This document shows positions 30,538 through 40,494 of a stretch of DNA of 64,000 nt, piece by piece. The stretch's first letter is position 1, and each line of letters opens with the position of its first letter. The notes below the pieces were generated by a model. It saw only the letters and a program-made list of their open reading frames with translations. It searched no databases and was not told the origin of the DNA. The stretch is taken from positions 255,519 through 319,518 of the IMG/VR virus record IMGVR_UViG_3300033997_000243, one strand, 5' to 3'. The position numbers and the translations under genes were made by a program.

Positions 30538-31008
30538 TTAGTTCAGATTACGAAGAGAAGTTTCTAAGTTGTTCGATGATTCTAAGAATCGGCACAGTTT
30601 CTTTATACAACTTTTTGTATTGCCCTTTAAGTAAAAGCGTTGCGTGTAAACAGTATCAAATTTAGAATCGATCTTGCATTCTAAATAAAGACCAGTATCT
30701 GAATCACAGCATAGCCAGAAAGTTCCATAACAGTCAACAAAGGCAAAAGGAAAGCTTAAAGCAATTTTTCCAGAATCACGTTCTCCCATCATTTCTTTAT
30801 TCGTTGTATCATGTTTGAATGGACGTAAAATACCAAGATTCTTCTTAGTCCTTTTATTTGTAGAACGACCTATCAGATTAACGGCCAATGTTTTTTGTTG
30901 TCCTGTTATAAATCCTTTGTCAACTGCCTTAGATAATTGAGAGTCAACACTGCGAACTACCGATTGAACTTCTGCTGTTATTTGAATTCTATTGCCAGCT
31001 TTTTTCAT
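30538..31008 (-). CDS. Hypothetical protein
   Basis: 156-aa ORF. Confidence 0.7.
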   Translation of the reverse strand: MKKAGNRIQITAEVQSVVRSVDSQLSKAVDKGFITGQQKTLAVNLIGRSTNKRTKKNLGILRPFKHDTTNKEMMGERDSGKIALSFPFAFVDCYGTFWLCCDSDTGLYLECKIDSKFDTVYTQRFYLKGNTKSCIKKLCRFLESSNNLETSLRNLN

Positions 31009-31340
31009 TACGACTTCCTTTGATAATAAAATGGGATTTCAACACGAACATAATCAGGATGAAAAGCAAGTAAACAAGGTAATACATAGATCTTGTATTT
31101 GTTCACATCCAATTTCTGTTGGACAACCTCGTTAAGTTTATCCAAACATTCTTCTAAAGTTTTTGCACTTTTTTGAATTCTTTTGTAGTGGCATTTCTCC
31201 GTATCAACATTTATAAATTTAGATGCAACGCCAAATACAGCGTCACATATTTCTTTGGTGCTAATTAGCTTTTTGGGAACCAAACTTTTTTCAAGTTTGT
31301 GTGGCTTTCTAGGTCGGCCACTTCCATCATAAATTGACAT
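31008..31340 (-). CDS. Hypothetical protein
   Basis: 110 aa, GGAGG RBS. Confidence 0.7.
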   Translation of the reverse strand: MSIYDGSGRPRKPHKLEKSLVPKKLISTKEICDAVFGVASKFINVDTEKCHYKRIQKSAKTLEECLDKLNEVVQQKLDVNKYKIYVLPCLLAFHPDYVRVEIPFYYQRKS

Positions 31341-32349
31341 TCCTTCCTCCAGAAATAGATTTCAGGTATTGATCAATTAATTGCTGTGAAGCAATGTTTT
31401 TATGTTTCGCCTCACACATAATATCGAAGCTTGGTAGAAAACTTAGCGCCCAAGCATTCGAGTGCCAGTTTGGATATTGGTCACTGTGCTCACGCAACTT
31501 TCTACTATCAGTCTCCATTTTTGCCAAAGTAGGTCTACGTGAAAACTTTTCATTGACCAGATATTCCTCACGCGAATACGCATAGTGAATAACTGGCCTG
31601 ACGCCTCTCCAACTTTCTATAACTTGTAACGCACGTTTAGAATCAGGTTTAATGTAACCGCCGCTATGAATCCAATGATGGTGAATATCCAGAACAATAG
31701 GAACCAAGTCGGCTATAGCTAAAACGTCATCCAAGCCAGAACTGTATTCATCATTTTCCACAGTGATTATGTTACGGGCAGCCGCACTTAATCTTTTGTA
31801 GGTTTTTCTGAAAACAGATTCACCACCTTTACCATTCAAATGAATGTTGCATTTAAAATCTTGAAACTTTCTACCATAGCCCATAAGTTCTGCGATATAA
31901 GCATGATACTCAAATTCTTCAATACTCTTTTCAACAACATTTGGATTCTCACTGGCAAGCACACAAAATTGCGCTGGATGAAAACTAAGTCTAACGTCAC
32001 CTGCAAAAGTTCGCACATTTGCCAAATGTTTTTCTAGGTAACGCTCTACGTCTTTACGTTTGTAAAAATGAGAAAAATCAGGATGCGTAAAAAGAGGAAA
32101 AGCATCACTACTAAGGCGAACCATTTGTGCAATCTTTGGAAGCGACCTAACATAGCTAATCATGTTGTAGATAGCTTTGATGTTGAATTCCATTATTTCC
32201 CAAAGGCGATCTTGCCAAAGGTCAGGATTGTCTTTGCACCACTTGACAGTTGTGGTTCTCATATTGTAAGGTTCTTCCAACTTTTTAAGTTCACTCGTTT
32301 TTAGTGATCTGTCAGGGTGCATGTATTTACAAGCGAAGCCAATTTTCAT
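31327..32349 (-). CDS. uvsE: UV-damage endonuclease
   Basis: IGFACK, RLSSD.FP, RLSFHPAQF.VL.S, VENDE, IVLDIHHH, HSD, MCEAKHK. Confidence 0.95.
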   Translation of the reverse strand: MKIGFACKYMHPDRSLKTSELKKLEEPYNMRTTTVKWCKDNPDLWQDRLWEIMEFNIKAIYNMISYVRSLPKIAQMVRLSSDAFPLFTHPDFSHFYKRKDVERYLEKHLANVRTFAGDVRLSFHPAQFCVLASENPNVVEKSIEEFEYHAYIAELMGYGRKFQDFKCNIHLNGKGGESVFRKTYKRLSAAARNIITVENDEYSSGLDDVLAIADLVPIVLDIHHHWIHSGGYIKPDSKRALQVIESWRGVRPVIHYAYSREEYLVNEKFSRRPTLAKMETDSRKLREHSDQYPNWHSNAWALSFLPSFDIMCEAKHKNIASQQLIDQYLKSISGGRNVNL

Positions 32350-32350
32350 A

Positions 32351-32629
32351 TTACACCAGTAAAAGAAGTATTAAAAGTTGCGGAGCAAAAATCAAATCAT
32401 TTTTGTACGCGGCTATTCCCGTGCGATCAGGATTAGCTTCTGAATCTTTTATCAGCAAATAAAGGCTAACAATTGAAAATAAAGTTGAAATAATTATAGG
32501 GGCCGCTGATAAAATTCCAACTTGTCTAAAGTATTTATCGAGGCAAAAAGAAAATAAACTAATGGCCGTCAGTGCGGCAATCAAATGAAAAGTTTTTCCA
32601 CTTGTAATAATCGAGCCTGACTGGATCAT
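32351..32629 (-). CDS. Small membrane protein
   Basis: 92 aa, hydrophobic. Confidence 0.55.
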   Translation of the reverse strand: MIQSGSIITSGKTFHLIAALTAISLFSFCLDKYFRQVGILSAAPIIISTLFSIVSLYLLIKDSEANPDRTGIAAYKNDLIFAPQLLILLLLV

Positions 32630-33095
32630 GATGAATTACCCTTACAATACTTTTATCTTTATTGACTGATATACAAAAGAAGCCTTTACGAAAACAAAAC
32701 AGATCCAGATCTCTAAGTGAGTTTCTGTTTTTGTAATGCAAATCTTTAATGACTAATGGATCACTGATGCACATTTTCATTTGATGTGCATAATAGCGAA
32801 CAAAAGCTTCAGAGTTTGATGCGTTCCAAGAACTTCCTGTAATAACACACTTCAAACTTTTCTGTTCTTGATCATTCGCCTTATAGGTATACAAAATCGG
32901 ATTAGGATCAAAGCGATTGTATTTTGAAACGTGTACAGGATTTAATTTTGGATAAGGGAAGAAGATTTTATCTTCTGTTCGACCATAGCTCAAATGAGTT
33001 GTTTCTATACGACAACCATAACGTCTAAGGTCTTTTAAAATCTCTAATCTAGTTTGCATATCACAATTCCCATACGCAAAAGTTTGCGGCCCCAA
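32559..33095 (-). CDS. Hypothetical protein
   Basis: 178-aa ORF; start uncertain. Confidence 0.6.
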   Translation of the reverse strand: MGPQTFAYGNCDMQTRLEILKDLRRYGCRIETTHLSYGRTEDKIFFPYPKLNPVHVSKYNRFDPNPILYTYKANDQEQKSLKCVITGSSWNASNSEAFVRYYAHQMKMCISDPLVIKDLHYKNRNSLRDLDLFCFRKGFFCISVNKDKSIVRVIHHDPVRLDYYKWKNFSFDCRTDGH

Positions 33096-33113
33096 TTAAG
33101 AGGCCACGTTTGT

Positions 33114-34733
33114 TTATTCTACAGAAACAGTTGTCGGCATTTTGAAAACAGCACGAGTTGTTTTCACAACTTCTTCTTCATAAGTAATCAGCCCCAAATG
33201 AGCAAATTCCAAAATGAAGTTTTCTGAGTATTCATCACAATTTTCGTACACGGGTTTTTCAGTACCAACTTTTGTACGTTTGCTAACTTCTACAACCAAA
33301 GGTTCTCCAGAGATTCGCGTCTGACTTTCAACCAGATAGTTGTAGAAAACTCTGATAGCATCTGCCGCTGTTTCAACTTGTTGTATAAAGTTTTGTATTG
33401 TCAGACCAACACGGCCTTTAGATGAAACATAATGAATGCCGAACATATAAACTTTGCCGTCCAAAGATTCTGCAAAAGTATAGCTCTGCTCTTCAAAAAA
33501 TTCAGTATCTGGAATATCCAGAACGAAGCCGTAAAGTGAAGTTTGACCCAAGACCGAAATAATATCAGACTGTGTATCTTCATCCAGATCAATAAGCATA
33601 AGCCTTGGCGTATCTAAATGCGTGGCGTTAAAGCTGGAAACCATTGACATTAAAGCAGGGCCGACACCGCGAATCACAACAGGCTTTTCTTCTTTTTTGA
33701 ACTTTGGATTTAGTTTAATTCTTTTTGGCTTCTTAACAGGCCGAACCTTTTCAGAAGCGCTTTCTGCCGGAACTTCAACAAGTTCGTCAACTGGAACGGA
33801 TTCAGATTCCAGTGGAAGTTGTTTTTGTTCTGAAACTTTTTTATCTTCAGTCGGCTCACGCAGCAAAGATGCCAGTTCAAGCTTTTTACTTGAACTGCTT
33901 GGAGCTTTTTGTTCTTCAGTCATAGCGGCCTCGGCTTTTGCAAAGTTGTTTAAAATAAATGCTGATAACTCTTTGTACTTTTTGGCTTCATTCGCTTCTG
34001 GATGTTCCATATACGAATTAATATAACGATATTTAAAGTTCAGGATATAAGAATAGAACTTAGATTTACTTCTGGCATATTTTGCCATGAAGTCGATCAT
34101 AGTAGAGACTTTCTGATGAATGTGTGAAGCATCAGTTAATTCATCAATGTCCACAGACTTGTAATAAGTCTGATTTAACCAAATGGCTGCCTCAACAAAT
34201 TCGTCGGAAATTTCTGAAGTAACATCCAGACGATTTATTTGATACATCAGAGTTTCTTTACCATGTACCGCAAATGCCTGACACACCATTGGAATCTTAT
34301 CAAGAAACATAAGTTTATCCATTTCCTGAGTGGTAATAAACTTTCCTACCAAGCCGTACTGATCAATAAGATCGACCATGCGAAGAACAAGGCTATTGTT
34401 AGAACTACGAACAGTATTGGTCTGTTTAATAACAGCCGATTCACAAAACTTGCGAAGAGGTTCGCGGATTTCTGCTTTACCTTGGCAGTGACGAACATGA
34501 AAGGCACGAAAGCCAGACAGAGTATCTGACAAACTTTTTTGTTCAGAATTGGCCAGTGAAGATTTCTCAGTTAAATTCTCAACGAGAATTTGTGCTTGAA
34601 CACAAACATCGTTAATTAAATTCAGTGGAACTTTTGAAGCTTTTGCTTGTGTGCGAAAAGCTTCTGGAGTAGCGCAAATTTCTAACGCCATTGCAGATAA
34701 AACGAAACTTAATGATGAAGTGACTTTGCTCAT
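33114..34733 (-). CDS. Hypothetical protein
   Basis: 539 aa, TGAGG RBS. Confidence 0.8.
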   Translation of the reverse strand: MSKVTSSLSFVLSAMALEICATPEAFRTQAKASKVPLNLINDVCVQAQILVENLTEKSSLANSEQKSLSDTLSGFRAFHVRHCQGKAEIREPLRKFCESAVIKQTNTVRSSNNSLVLRMVDLIDQYGLVGKFITTQEMDKLMFLDKIPMVCQAFAVHGKETLMYQINRLDVTSEISDEFVEAAIWLNQTYYKSVDIDELTDASHIHQKVSTMIDFMAKYARSKSKFYSYILNFKYRYINSYMEHPEANEAKKYKELSAFILNNFAKAEAAMTEEQKAPSSSSKKLELASLLREPTEDKKVSEQKQLPLESESVPVDELVEVPAESASEKVRPVKKPKRIKLNPKFKKEEKPVVIRGVGPALMSMVSSFNATHLDTPRLMLIDLDEDTQSDIISVLGQTSLYGFVLDIPDTEFFEEQSYTFAESLDGKVYMFGIHYVSSKGRVGLTIQNFIQQVETAADAIRVFYNYLVESQTRISGEPLVVEVSKRTKVGTEKPVYENCDEYSENFILEFAHLGLITYEEEVVKTTRAVFKMPTTVSVE

Positions 34734-34759
34734 TTATTGATCCTCAAATGATAAACTTT

Positions 34760-34984
34760 TTATTTCCACAATTTCTTTGGAGCTTTAGTCCGATTGATTT
34801 TGTGGTAAACAGTTGATACTACAAATCCGAAAGTTGTTAAAGTAAAAAATACTACTAAACAACCATAAACAAAATACGCGGCAGCTTTAGTCGAGTACAC
34901 ATCAAAAAGAGCGCACGATAAAAGTAATAAAGTGGCACTAATTACAGCACCGAATAATCGACGTTGCCAACGCTGAGTTTGCAT
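34760..34984 (-). CDS. Small membrane protein (2 TM)
   Basis: 74 aa, AGGAG RBS, first gene after P7. Confidence 0.7.
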   Translation of the reverse strand: MQTQRWQRRLFGAVISATLLLLSCALFDVYSTKAAAYFVYGCLVVFFTLTTFGFVVSTVYHKINRTKAPKKLWK

Positions 34985-35051
34985 TTACTTCTTCTCCTAA
35001 CAAACTTTTGTGCTTGTGAAAGTACAGCACTTCCCTTGTTTGTATGATGCC

Positions 35052-35102
35052 ATTATACCAAAAATGACCAAGTGCGTCTATGTCGATTTTTGACGCACTT
35101 GG
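35052..35102 (-). promoter_or_regulatory. Class-I promoter cassette P7
   Basis: GTGCGTCAAAAA-N6-TAGACG-N17-TATAAT with an inverted copy of the box. Confidence 0.8.
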
Positions 35103-35111
35103 ATCAGTTGA

Positions 35112-35204
35112 TTACACACGTTTAATTTGACGCAGAACACGAATCATATTCGCTTTGTTCTGCCAGACCAAACGCTTTTGTTTTTCCAAAAGTTCTTTGC
35201 TCAT
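35112..35204 (-). CDS. Small basic peptide (30 aa)
   Basis: MSKELLEKQKRLVWQNKANMIRVLRQIKRV with GAGGT RBS. Confidence 0.5.
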   Translation of the reverse strand: MSKELLEKQKRLVWQNKANMIRVLRQIKRV

Positions 35205-35246
35205 ATCTACCTCTTAATGACTGAGCAAAATATTACTCAGTCTTAC

Positions 35247-35885
35247 TTACTCAATATCAATGTTGTCTGCATTATATACTTGCCAGACACGTTTAATTAT
35301 TTCCATAGAGCGATCATCTGGATGCCGATTTTTATTGTGCGGATTTTCAGCGTCCCACAATCTGTACTCATTACGAATCGCTTGACCAGTTGTATGATGA
35401 AGTTCAATCAAATCATCAAACGCAATTTCAAGCCAGCTTTCCATTTCATCCTGTGTGGAATTCTCCGTAATGTCATGTACTATTTGATCGTCGTCCAGAT
35501 AAACGAATTTACTTTCCTTAGTCTCTTTATCATCAAGCTGTTTTACAACTTTTCTGATTCGAGAATAAAGCTTTGCTCTTTTTTCTTTCTTACGGATTAA
35601 TCGTCTTTTACGCATTAGCCGATCATGAGTTACCATGCCAGCAACGTAACCTAAACCGATACCTAGACCTGTGAATACACCAAACACAAATCCATTATTC
35701 GCGACAATAGCAATCGAAGCTGCATCAGCTAATCCCATAAACCAGCCTACACCAAAGGCCGAGAATTTTAGATTAGCCTGTACGTTTTTACTTTGTATGG
35801 ATCTGAAAAACGCACTAATGAAACCTGCTAAAGTAGCATACAAGAAAAATTGATACTCGATAATAAACTCCATCCAATACCTCAC
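35247..35885 (-). CDS. Membrane protein with C-terminal DUF6794-like domain
   Basis: N-terminal TMs; GQAIRNEYRLW...HPDDRSMEII (family recalled from memory). Confidence 0.65.
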   Translation of the reverse strand: MRYWMEFIIEYQFFLYATLAGFISAFFRSIQSKNVQANLKFSAFGVGWFMGLADAASIAIVANNGFVFGVFTGLGIGLGYVAGMVTHDRLMRKRRLIRKKEKRAKLYSRIRKVVKQLDDKETKESKFVYLDDDQIVHDITENSTQDEMESWLEIAFDDLIELHHTTGQAIRNEYRLWDAENPHNKNRHPDDRSMEIIKRVWQVYNADNIDIE

Positions 35886-36367
35886 AACTTTTCATAAACA
35901 TAAGCGTCTATATTTTCCTGATTTATTCTGGCCCAACCTCCGGCAAGAATACGAGGATTAAGATGAAACAATTCAAGCTTAGGCTTAAACTGAATAGCTT
36001 CCTCGTTTTCAAGTCGATAATAACGCTTACCATTTCCTTTACGTAACAAATGAAAAACTGCTTCTTCAAACTTTTCAGGTGTTACAGCAACTAACCAGCC
36101 ATGAAGATCTTTTTCACCTTCAGACTGTTCGACTATTCGAGCGCAATAAATAATCGAAGGCAAAGCTGGCTCAGCTTGGGCGCGAACTAAAGAGATCAGA
36201 TCATTTAACATGGCCTCTTTCTTAAGTTTGACTGGCGTTCTTTGCGTAGATAGTCTACGAATTTCAGACTCAAGCCACTGAATTTGATCGCGTCTAGTAA
36301 ACTTACTTAGATTATTCAACTGCATAAAATTTCTACTCTCCAGCACTAAACTTACGCAATGTGTCAA
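35882..36367 (-). CDS. Hypothetical protein
   Basis: 161-aa ORF; start uncertain. Confidence 0.65.
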   Translation of the reverse strand: MTHCVSLVLESRNFMQLNNLSKFTRRDQIQWLESEIRRLSTQRTPVKLKKEAMLNDLISLVRAQAEPALPSIIYCARIVEQSEGEKDLHGWLVAVTPEKFEEAVFHLLRKGNGKRYYRLENEEAIQFKPKLELFHLNPRILAGGWARINQENIDAYVYEKL

Positions 36368-37076
36368 CTAAGTTATCTTCGTAATTGACAACACTGCGAT
36401 TCGGTAAATAAATGTGAGGCATGAATTCTTCAATGAAAGAACATACCACGTACATGAAGTACCATTTATTTTCCAGTATCTTAATATTGTTCTGGAAGAA
36501 AAAACTGAATTCACTTAAAGCCATAAGCTCAGTCATTATTGCATTCAATTCAAAACGCGGGTTTATGTAAAGTTCTTTCTTTAAATATTTCACGCAAAGT
36601 TCTGTGGACTTACGTACAGAAAAATAACCACCTTCTAACCTTGAGGTGAAAAGCCAAGCTGCATTTGGAGCATCAGCAAAACAACTGGCTACAGCAGTAG
36701 CTGAATGCGTTTCATGTTCGCTATTAATAAAGTAAAGTATGCGAGACATGAAAGCATTTTTGTTCGCCATATTTTCTTCCATGATAATCCGGCAGCTTGA
36801 TTTGTAGCAGGATATAACAGGATAATACTGTTGCATTGCCAAGCTGTCAGACGCATAAAGTCTGGTGTTGAGGTACTTGAGAATACGACCGCCTTTGGAC
36901 AAACTAGAGAAACCATACTGAGTTATTTTGGTTTCATCTTCAAACATTTCAAAGACAGCGTTAACAACAGAATCATACTGATCCACGGTTGTTTCACCGG
37001 AAATCAGATATTGAATTTGATGATCCAGTTCTTTGTGGAAATCTTCGATTAAAAGAGAAAGCATTTGATAGTTCAT
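36333..37076 (-). CDS. Hypothetical protein
   Basis: 247-aa ORF. Confidence 0.7.
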   Translation of the reverse strand: MNYQMLSLLIEDFHKELDHQIQYLISGETTVDQYDSVVNAVFEMFEDETKITQYGFSSLSKGGRILKYLNTRLYASDSLAMQQYYPVISCYKSSCRIIMEENMANKNAFMSRILYFINSEHETHSATAVASCFADAPNAAWLFTSRLEGGYFSVRKSTELCVKYLKKELYINPRFELNAIMTELMALSEFSFFFQNNIKILENKWYFMYVVCSFIEEFMPHIYLPNRSVVNYEDNLVDTLRKFSAGE

Positions 37077-37078
37077 TT

Positions 37079-37549
37079 TTATTTCCTTACCAGATTGGCA
37101 ATTGCAATTTGCATTAACTTCATAAATTCAGAAGCGGTTATTGTCGGCATACGTCTGTAAACAATCCAAACAAAAATTAACACTTCTGGATTGTACATAT
37201 AAGGCCGTTGATCATTTTCCAAATTGAACTGGGCGTACTCCAAATGCAAATTGAATTCAATAAGATCGAATTCTTTGCGCTTCGTTAAATGTATGCCAGC
37301 TAAAATATTCACGCCGAGGTTACTTACAAAAGTTTGCATTGCAGCAACACGTACTTCCATTTCAGAAAGCGGCCAAAATTTCTTATCGAAAAAGTAGCTA
37401 CGAAAAACACGGCCTTCAACAACCAGCTCTACGTTAAAGCCTTCGATTAAACTTTCAGCAAATAGCTGGCAAGTTGTCTCTAATGTTTCGGCTGTAAAAT
37501 GAACCGGATGAATTAACGGAAAATCAAGTTGACTCATTTTGGACTCCAA
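37079..37549 (-). CDS. Hypothetical protein
   Basis: 156-aa ORF. Confidence 0.65.
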   Translation of the reverse strand: MESKMSQLDFPLIHPVHFTAETLETTCQLFAESLIEGFNVELVVEGRVFRSYFFDKKFWPLSEMEVRVAAMQTFVSNLGVNILAGIHLTKRKEFDLIEFNLHLEYAQFNLENDQRPYMYNPEVLIFVWIVYRRMPTITASEFMKLMQIAIANLVRK

Positions 37550-38115
37550 TAAATGCTGGCTTCACCAGCACGTTTTTGTTCTATAGAGAAAGCGTCAGAG
37601 AACTTTAGATAAATCTCAAAACTGTCTACCATAGAATCATCGGCAACCAAAGACAGATAAGTAAAAACAATTGAGCGTAACGCAGAAGCTGTTACTGCAC
37701 CAGCAGTAGCATCGCGTTTGTTCAAACTGTTTCGGACATCAGCCAAAACCATTTGATAAAACACACCTGTCATTTTATCATCAGGCAAAGTATTATCAAG
37801 ATAAACTGTGCGTAATAAAGTTTGCAGCAATACTTTGTCTGTATCAAAGGACACAAGTTCGACAAACTGCAAAAAATTACGCATCACAACCGCAGTCACC
37901 AAATGAGCAGAACGCATCTTCTTTAATTCTGCAAATACGTCTTTGCGAACTTTGCTCTCAAAAGAATCGTTGATTCTTATTGATTCACCGTCAGTAGGTA
38001 AAGTTAATTCGCCTATTACAGTGGCGCAGTGTTTAACTATATTTGTGCGAAGTTTATTGTCGGTTGGAAAAGAACGCATAGCCATTAAATAGGTTAATAC
38101 AGCATTCGTACTCAT
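37534..38115 (-). CDS. Hypothetical protein
   Basis: 193 aa, GAGG RBS. Confidence 0.7.
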   Translation of the reverse strand: MSTNAVLTYLMAMRSFPTDNKLRTNIVKHCATVIGELTLPTDGESIRINDSFESKVRKDVFAELKKMRSAHLVTAVVMRNFLQFVELVSFDTDKVLLQTLLRTVYLDNTLPDDKMTGVFYQMVLADVRNSLNKRDATAGAVTASALRSIVFTYLSLVADDSMVDSFEIYLKFSDAFSIEQKRAGEASIYWSPK

Positions 38116-38128
38116 AAAAATTCCTCAA

Positions 38129-38410
38129 TTATTCGATGATCATTACGTGCTTGATTATATCGTTAGACCAAACCAAGCCATTAAATTTTTGAACGGTTTC
38201 GATGCCAATAGGACTAAGTAAGCAGCGCTTAAACTGTCCAGATATTTCACTGCGAACATCAGCATCTTTGTAAACGTAGCCTTGTTTTGCAATAGCAAAC
38301 TTTTTACCTTCTTCAACATCAAAGCAAACAATATGTCCATCTGGACGAGACATGCCGTGATCGAATTCGGTAACAGAAACTATGTACGCATTAAACTTAT
38401 CAGAGTTCAT
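38129..38410 (-). CDS. Hypothetical protein
   Basis: 93 aa, GGAG RBS. Confidence 0.7.
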   Translation of the reverse strand: MNSDKFNAYIVSVTEFDHGMSRPDGHIVCFDVEEGKKFAIAKQGYVYKDADVRSEISGQFKRCLLSPIGIETVQKFNGLVWSNDIIKHVMIIE

Positions 38411-38413
38411 AAA

Positions 38414-39004
38414 CTACTCCGCAGGTTCTGGCTGATTCTCTTCTGAACAGACAATAGATTTAGATCTGGTTCCAGCAAGAAATTTAGAGTCAACTAAGTC
38501 ACATTGCTGCATTAACAAACCAAGTGCATAAAATATCCTTGAGTGCAAAACAAACTGATGCCAAAGCATTTGGTCGTTAAAAGATTGCAACCCAATAGTT
38601 GAAACGTCCACAACGTAAGTTTGATTTACGTCTTTGTTTATAAGTTTCATTATCTGATTTACAGTAGTCTTATCGAAAGGACTTTCGCTTTGAACCATGT
38701 AGTGCATAATCAATACGAAAATCATGGGAAGCCAACGCATGGTGCGATCTTGATAAGACATTTTATGACCTTGTTTATCAGTGGCAACCATACCTGCTAT
38801 ATGTTTTTCTATAAACAAATTGTTTTGCAAGAATCTGTCTATGCGTGAATACACGACTATCAAATCCTGTTCTTCAGATTTATTGACAAGATCGTCGTTC
38901 AGACTTAACCTTAAACTGTTCATGTGTATAATGAAGTTGAGTTTGAAGCTTAAGTTGTTAAAGAACACAAGAATTTTAAACTTTAAGTTATGATAAAATT
39001 TCAT
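38414..39004 (-). CDS. Hypothetical protein
   Basis: 196-aa ORF. Confidence 0.65.
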   Translation of the reverse strand: MKFYHNLKFKILVFFNNLSFKLNFIIHMNSLRLSLNDDLVNKSEEQDLIVVYSRIDRFLQNNLFIEKHIAGMVATDKQGHKMSYQDRTMRWLPMIFVLIMHYMVQSESPFDKTTVNQIMKLINKDVNQTYVVDVSTIGLQSFNDQMLWHQFVLHSRIFYALGLLMQQCDLVDSKFLAGTRSKSIVCSEENQPEPAE

Positions 39005-39014
39005 TGTACTTTCC

Positions 39015-39695
39015 TTATACCCAAGAACGCATGTTTAATTGCATTCTTTTCAATGCTTGTTTATGAAGATTACTTATGCGAGGCACACAAAGTTCCATAC
39101 GATTTCCAATCTCTTCCATGTTAAGATCGCGCATATAGTAAAGATTAACTACAATGGATTCCTGCTTTGGCAGTTTTGATACGAATACTTTTAAAGCAGA
39201 TCCTAACTTTGTGACCTCGCACTGACGATCCACAAAATCCACTTCAGTGCAGAAACCGTCAAAGTTGCTTTCATTGAGTTCACTGTCAAGTAACACATGA
39301 ATGCTGTGTGTTTCACGTTCGAGTTTATTAAACTCTTCGATAGAAATATTCAGCTCACGAGCAATTTCAATATTTGTTGGAACGCGCAAAAACTTCTGCT
39401 CTAATGCAGAACGCACTTCATTTAGTTTACGAGCTTCTGCACAAACATTTTTAGGAATCCAACCTAGTTTTCTGGCCTCGTCTAACATTGAACCGTAAAC
39501 TCGAATTCCAGCAAAAGTTTGAAAAGAAGTGCCAGAGTTTGAATCATAACGATCAATCGACTCCAGTATTCCAAGCATACCAGCTTGGATTAAATCATCC
39601 AGCTGTATACTCGCGGAAAGTTTGCCAATTAAACTGTTGGCAATGCGTTTAACCATAACCATATTATCCGCAATAATTTTTTGTTTGCTATTCAT
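39015..39695 (-). CDS. fliA: RNA polymerase sigma factor, FliA/WhiG (sigma28) family
   Basis: VKRIA, LDDLIQAGMLGIL..IDRYD...GTSFQTFAGIRVYGSMLDEARK..WIP, region 4 LNMEEIG...RISNLHKQALKR. Confidence 0.92.
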   Translation of the reverse strand: MNSKQKIIADNMVMVKRIANSLIGKLSASIQLDDLIQAGMLGILESIDRYDSNSGTSFQTFAGIRVYGSMLDEARKLGWIPKNVCAEARKLNEVRSALEQKFLRVPTNIEIARELNISIEEFNKLERETHSIHVLLDSELNESNFDGFCTEVDFVDRQCEVTKLGSALKVFVSKLPKQESIVVNLYYMRDLNMEEIGNRMELCVPRISNLHKQALKRMQLNMRSWV

Positions 39696-40443
39696 TATTG
39701 CCTCCTATTGCGACAATCTGATTTAAGTAAAGAGTTTTGTAAGACATATAACCGCCTTCTTTAAACTCAATGTTGATCAAATGAAGATCTCGTGTCGGCA
39801 CACCTTCCTGTTTAATCAGTGCAAAGTTTACCGGATTGAAATTTACAACCGTAGCATATTTCAACTTACCACGATCAAGATATGTTATGCGTGATCCTTT
39901 TTGAATGCTAAAAAGATTAAGACCAAAACGCATATCATAGTTAAAGTTTTTCAGAGTGTGTGCAGAATAAGATTTGCCTTCAAACTCTAAAACTTCATTC
40001 AGATGATCTATGTAATTTTCTAAATCATCTTTTAATACATCAAGTGCCGCTCTTGGCGATACTGATATACTTGGGTCTGGACTGTAATTACTACAGTTCA
40101 ACAAACATTTTATTTTGTAGATGCGTTCTTCGTCAATAGTCGGAAACGAACCATCCCAAATAAGTTCAACGTGTAAGTGACAAGAGTTATTAATAATGAT
40201 AACCTTGTTTTCTTCAACGAACATTTTTCGTGAAGTCACGTTGAACAACTGATAAACTTTTTCAACACTAATCTTTATAGTGCCACGAACTATTAAAGTT
40301 GCTAAACTGTCAGGTTCATAAAGACACTCACCAAGATAACTGCCTGAGATACTAATCCGCGCTTGTTGATCATACATGATCTTTATTAAGCTTGATAAAT
40401 CCGCAGTAGCAGGTTTGTTTGGTATGGTATATAATTGTCGCAT
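39688..40443 (-). CDS. Hypothetical protein
   Basis: 251 aa, AAGGA RBS. Confidence 0.7.
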   Translation of the reverse strand: MRQLYTIPNKPATADLSSLIKIMYDQQARISISGSYLGECLYEPDSLATLIVRGTIKISVEKVYQLFNVTSRKMFVEENKVIIINNSCHLHVELIWDGSFPTIDEERIYKIKCLLNCSNYSPDPSISVSPRAALDVLKDDLENYIDHLNEVLEFEGKSYSAHTLKNFNYDMRFGLNLFSIQKGSRITYLDRGKLKYATVVNFNPVNFALIKQEGVPTRDLHLINIEFKEGGYMSYKTLYLNQIVAIGGNNE

Positions 40444-40494
40444 TTGATTTTCCTTTCAAGCGGTAGGGGAACTTCTGTTCCCCTCAGTTTAGTT

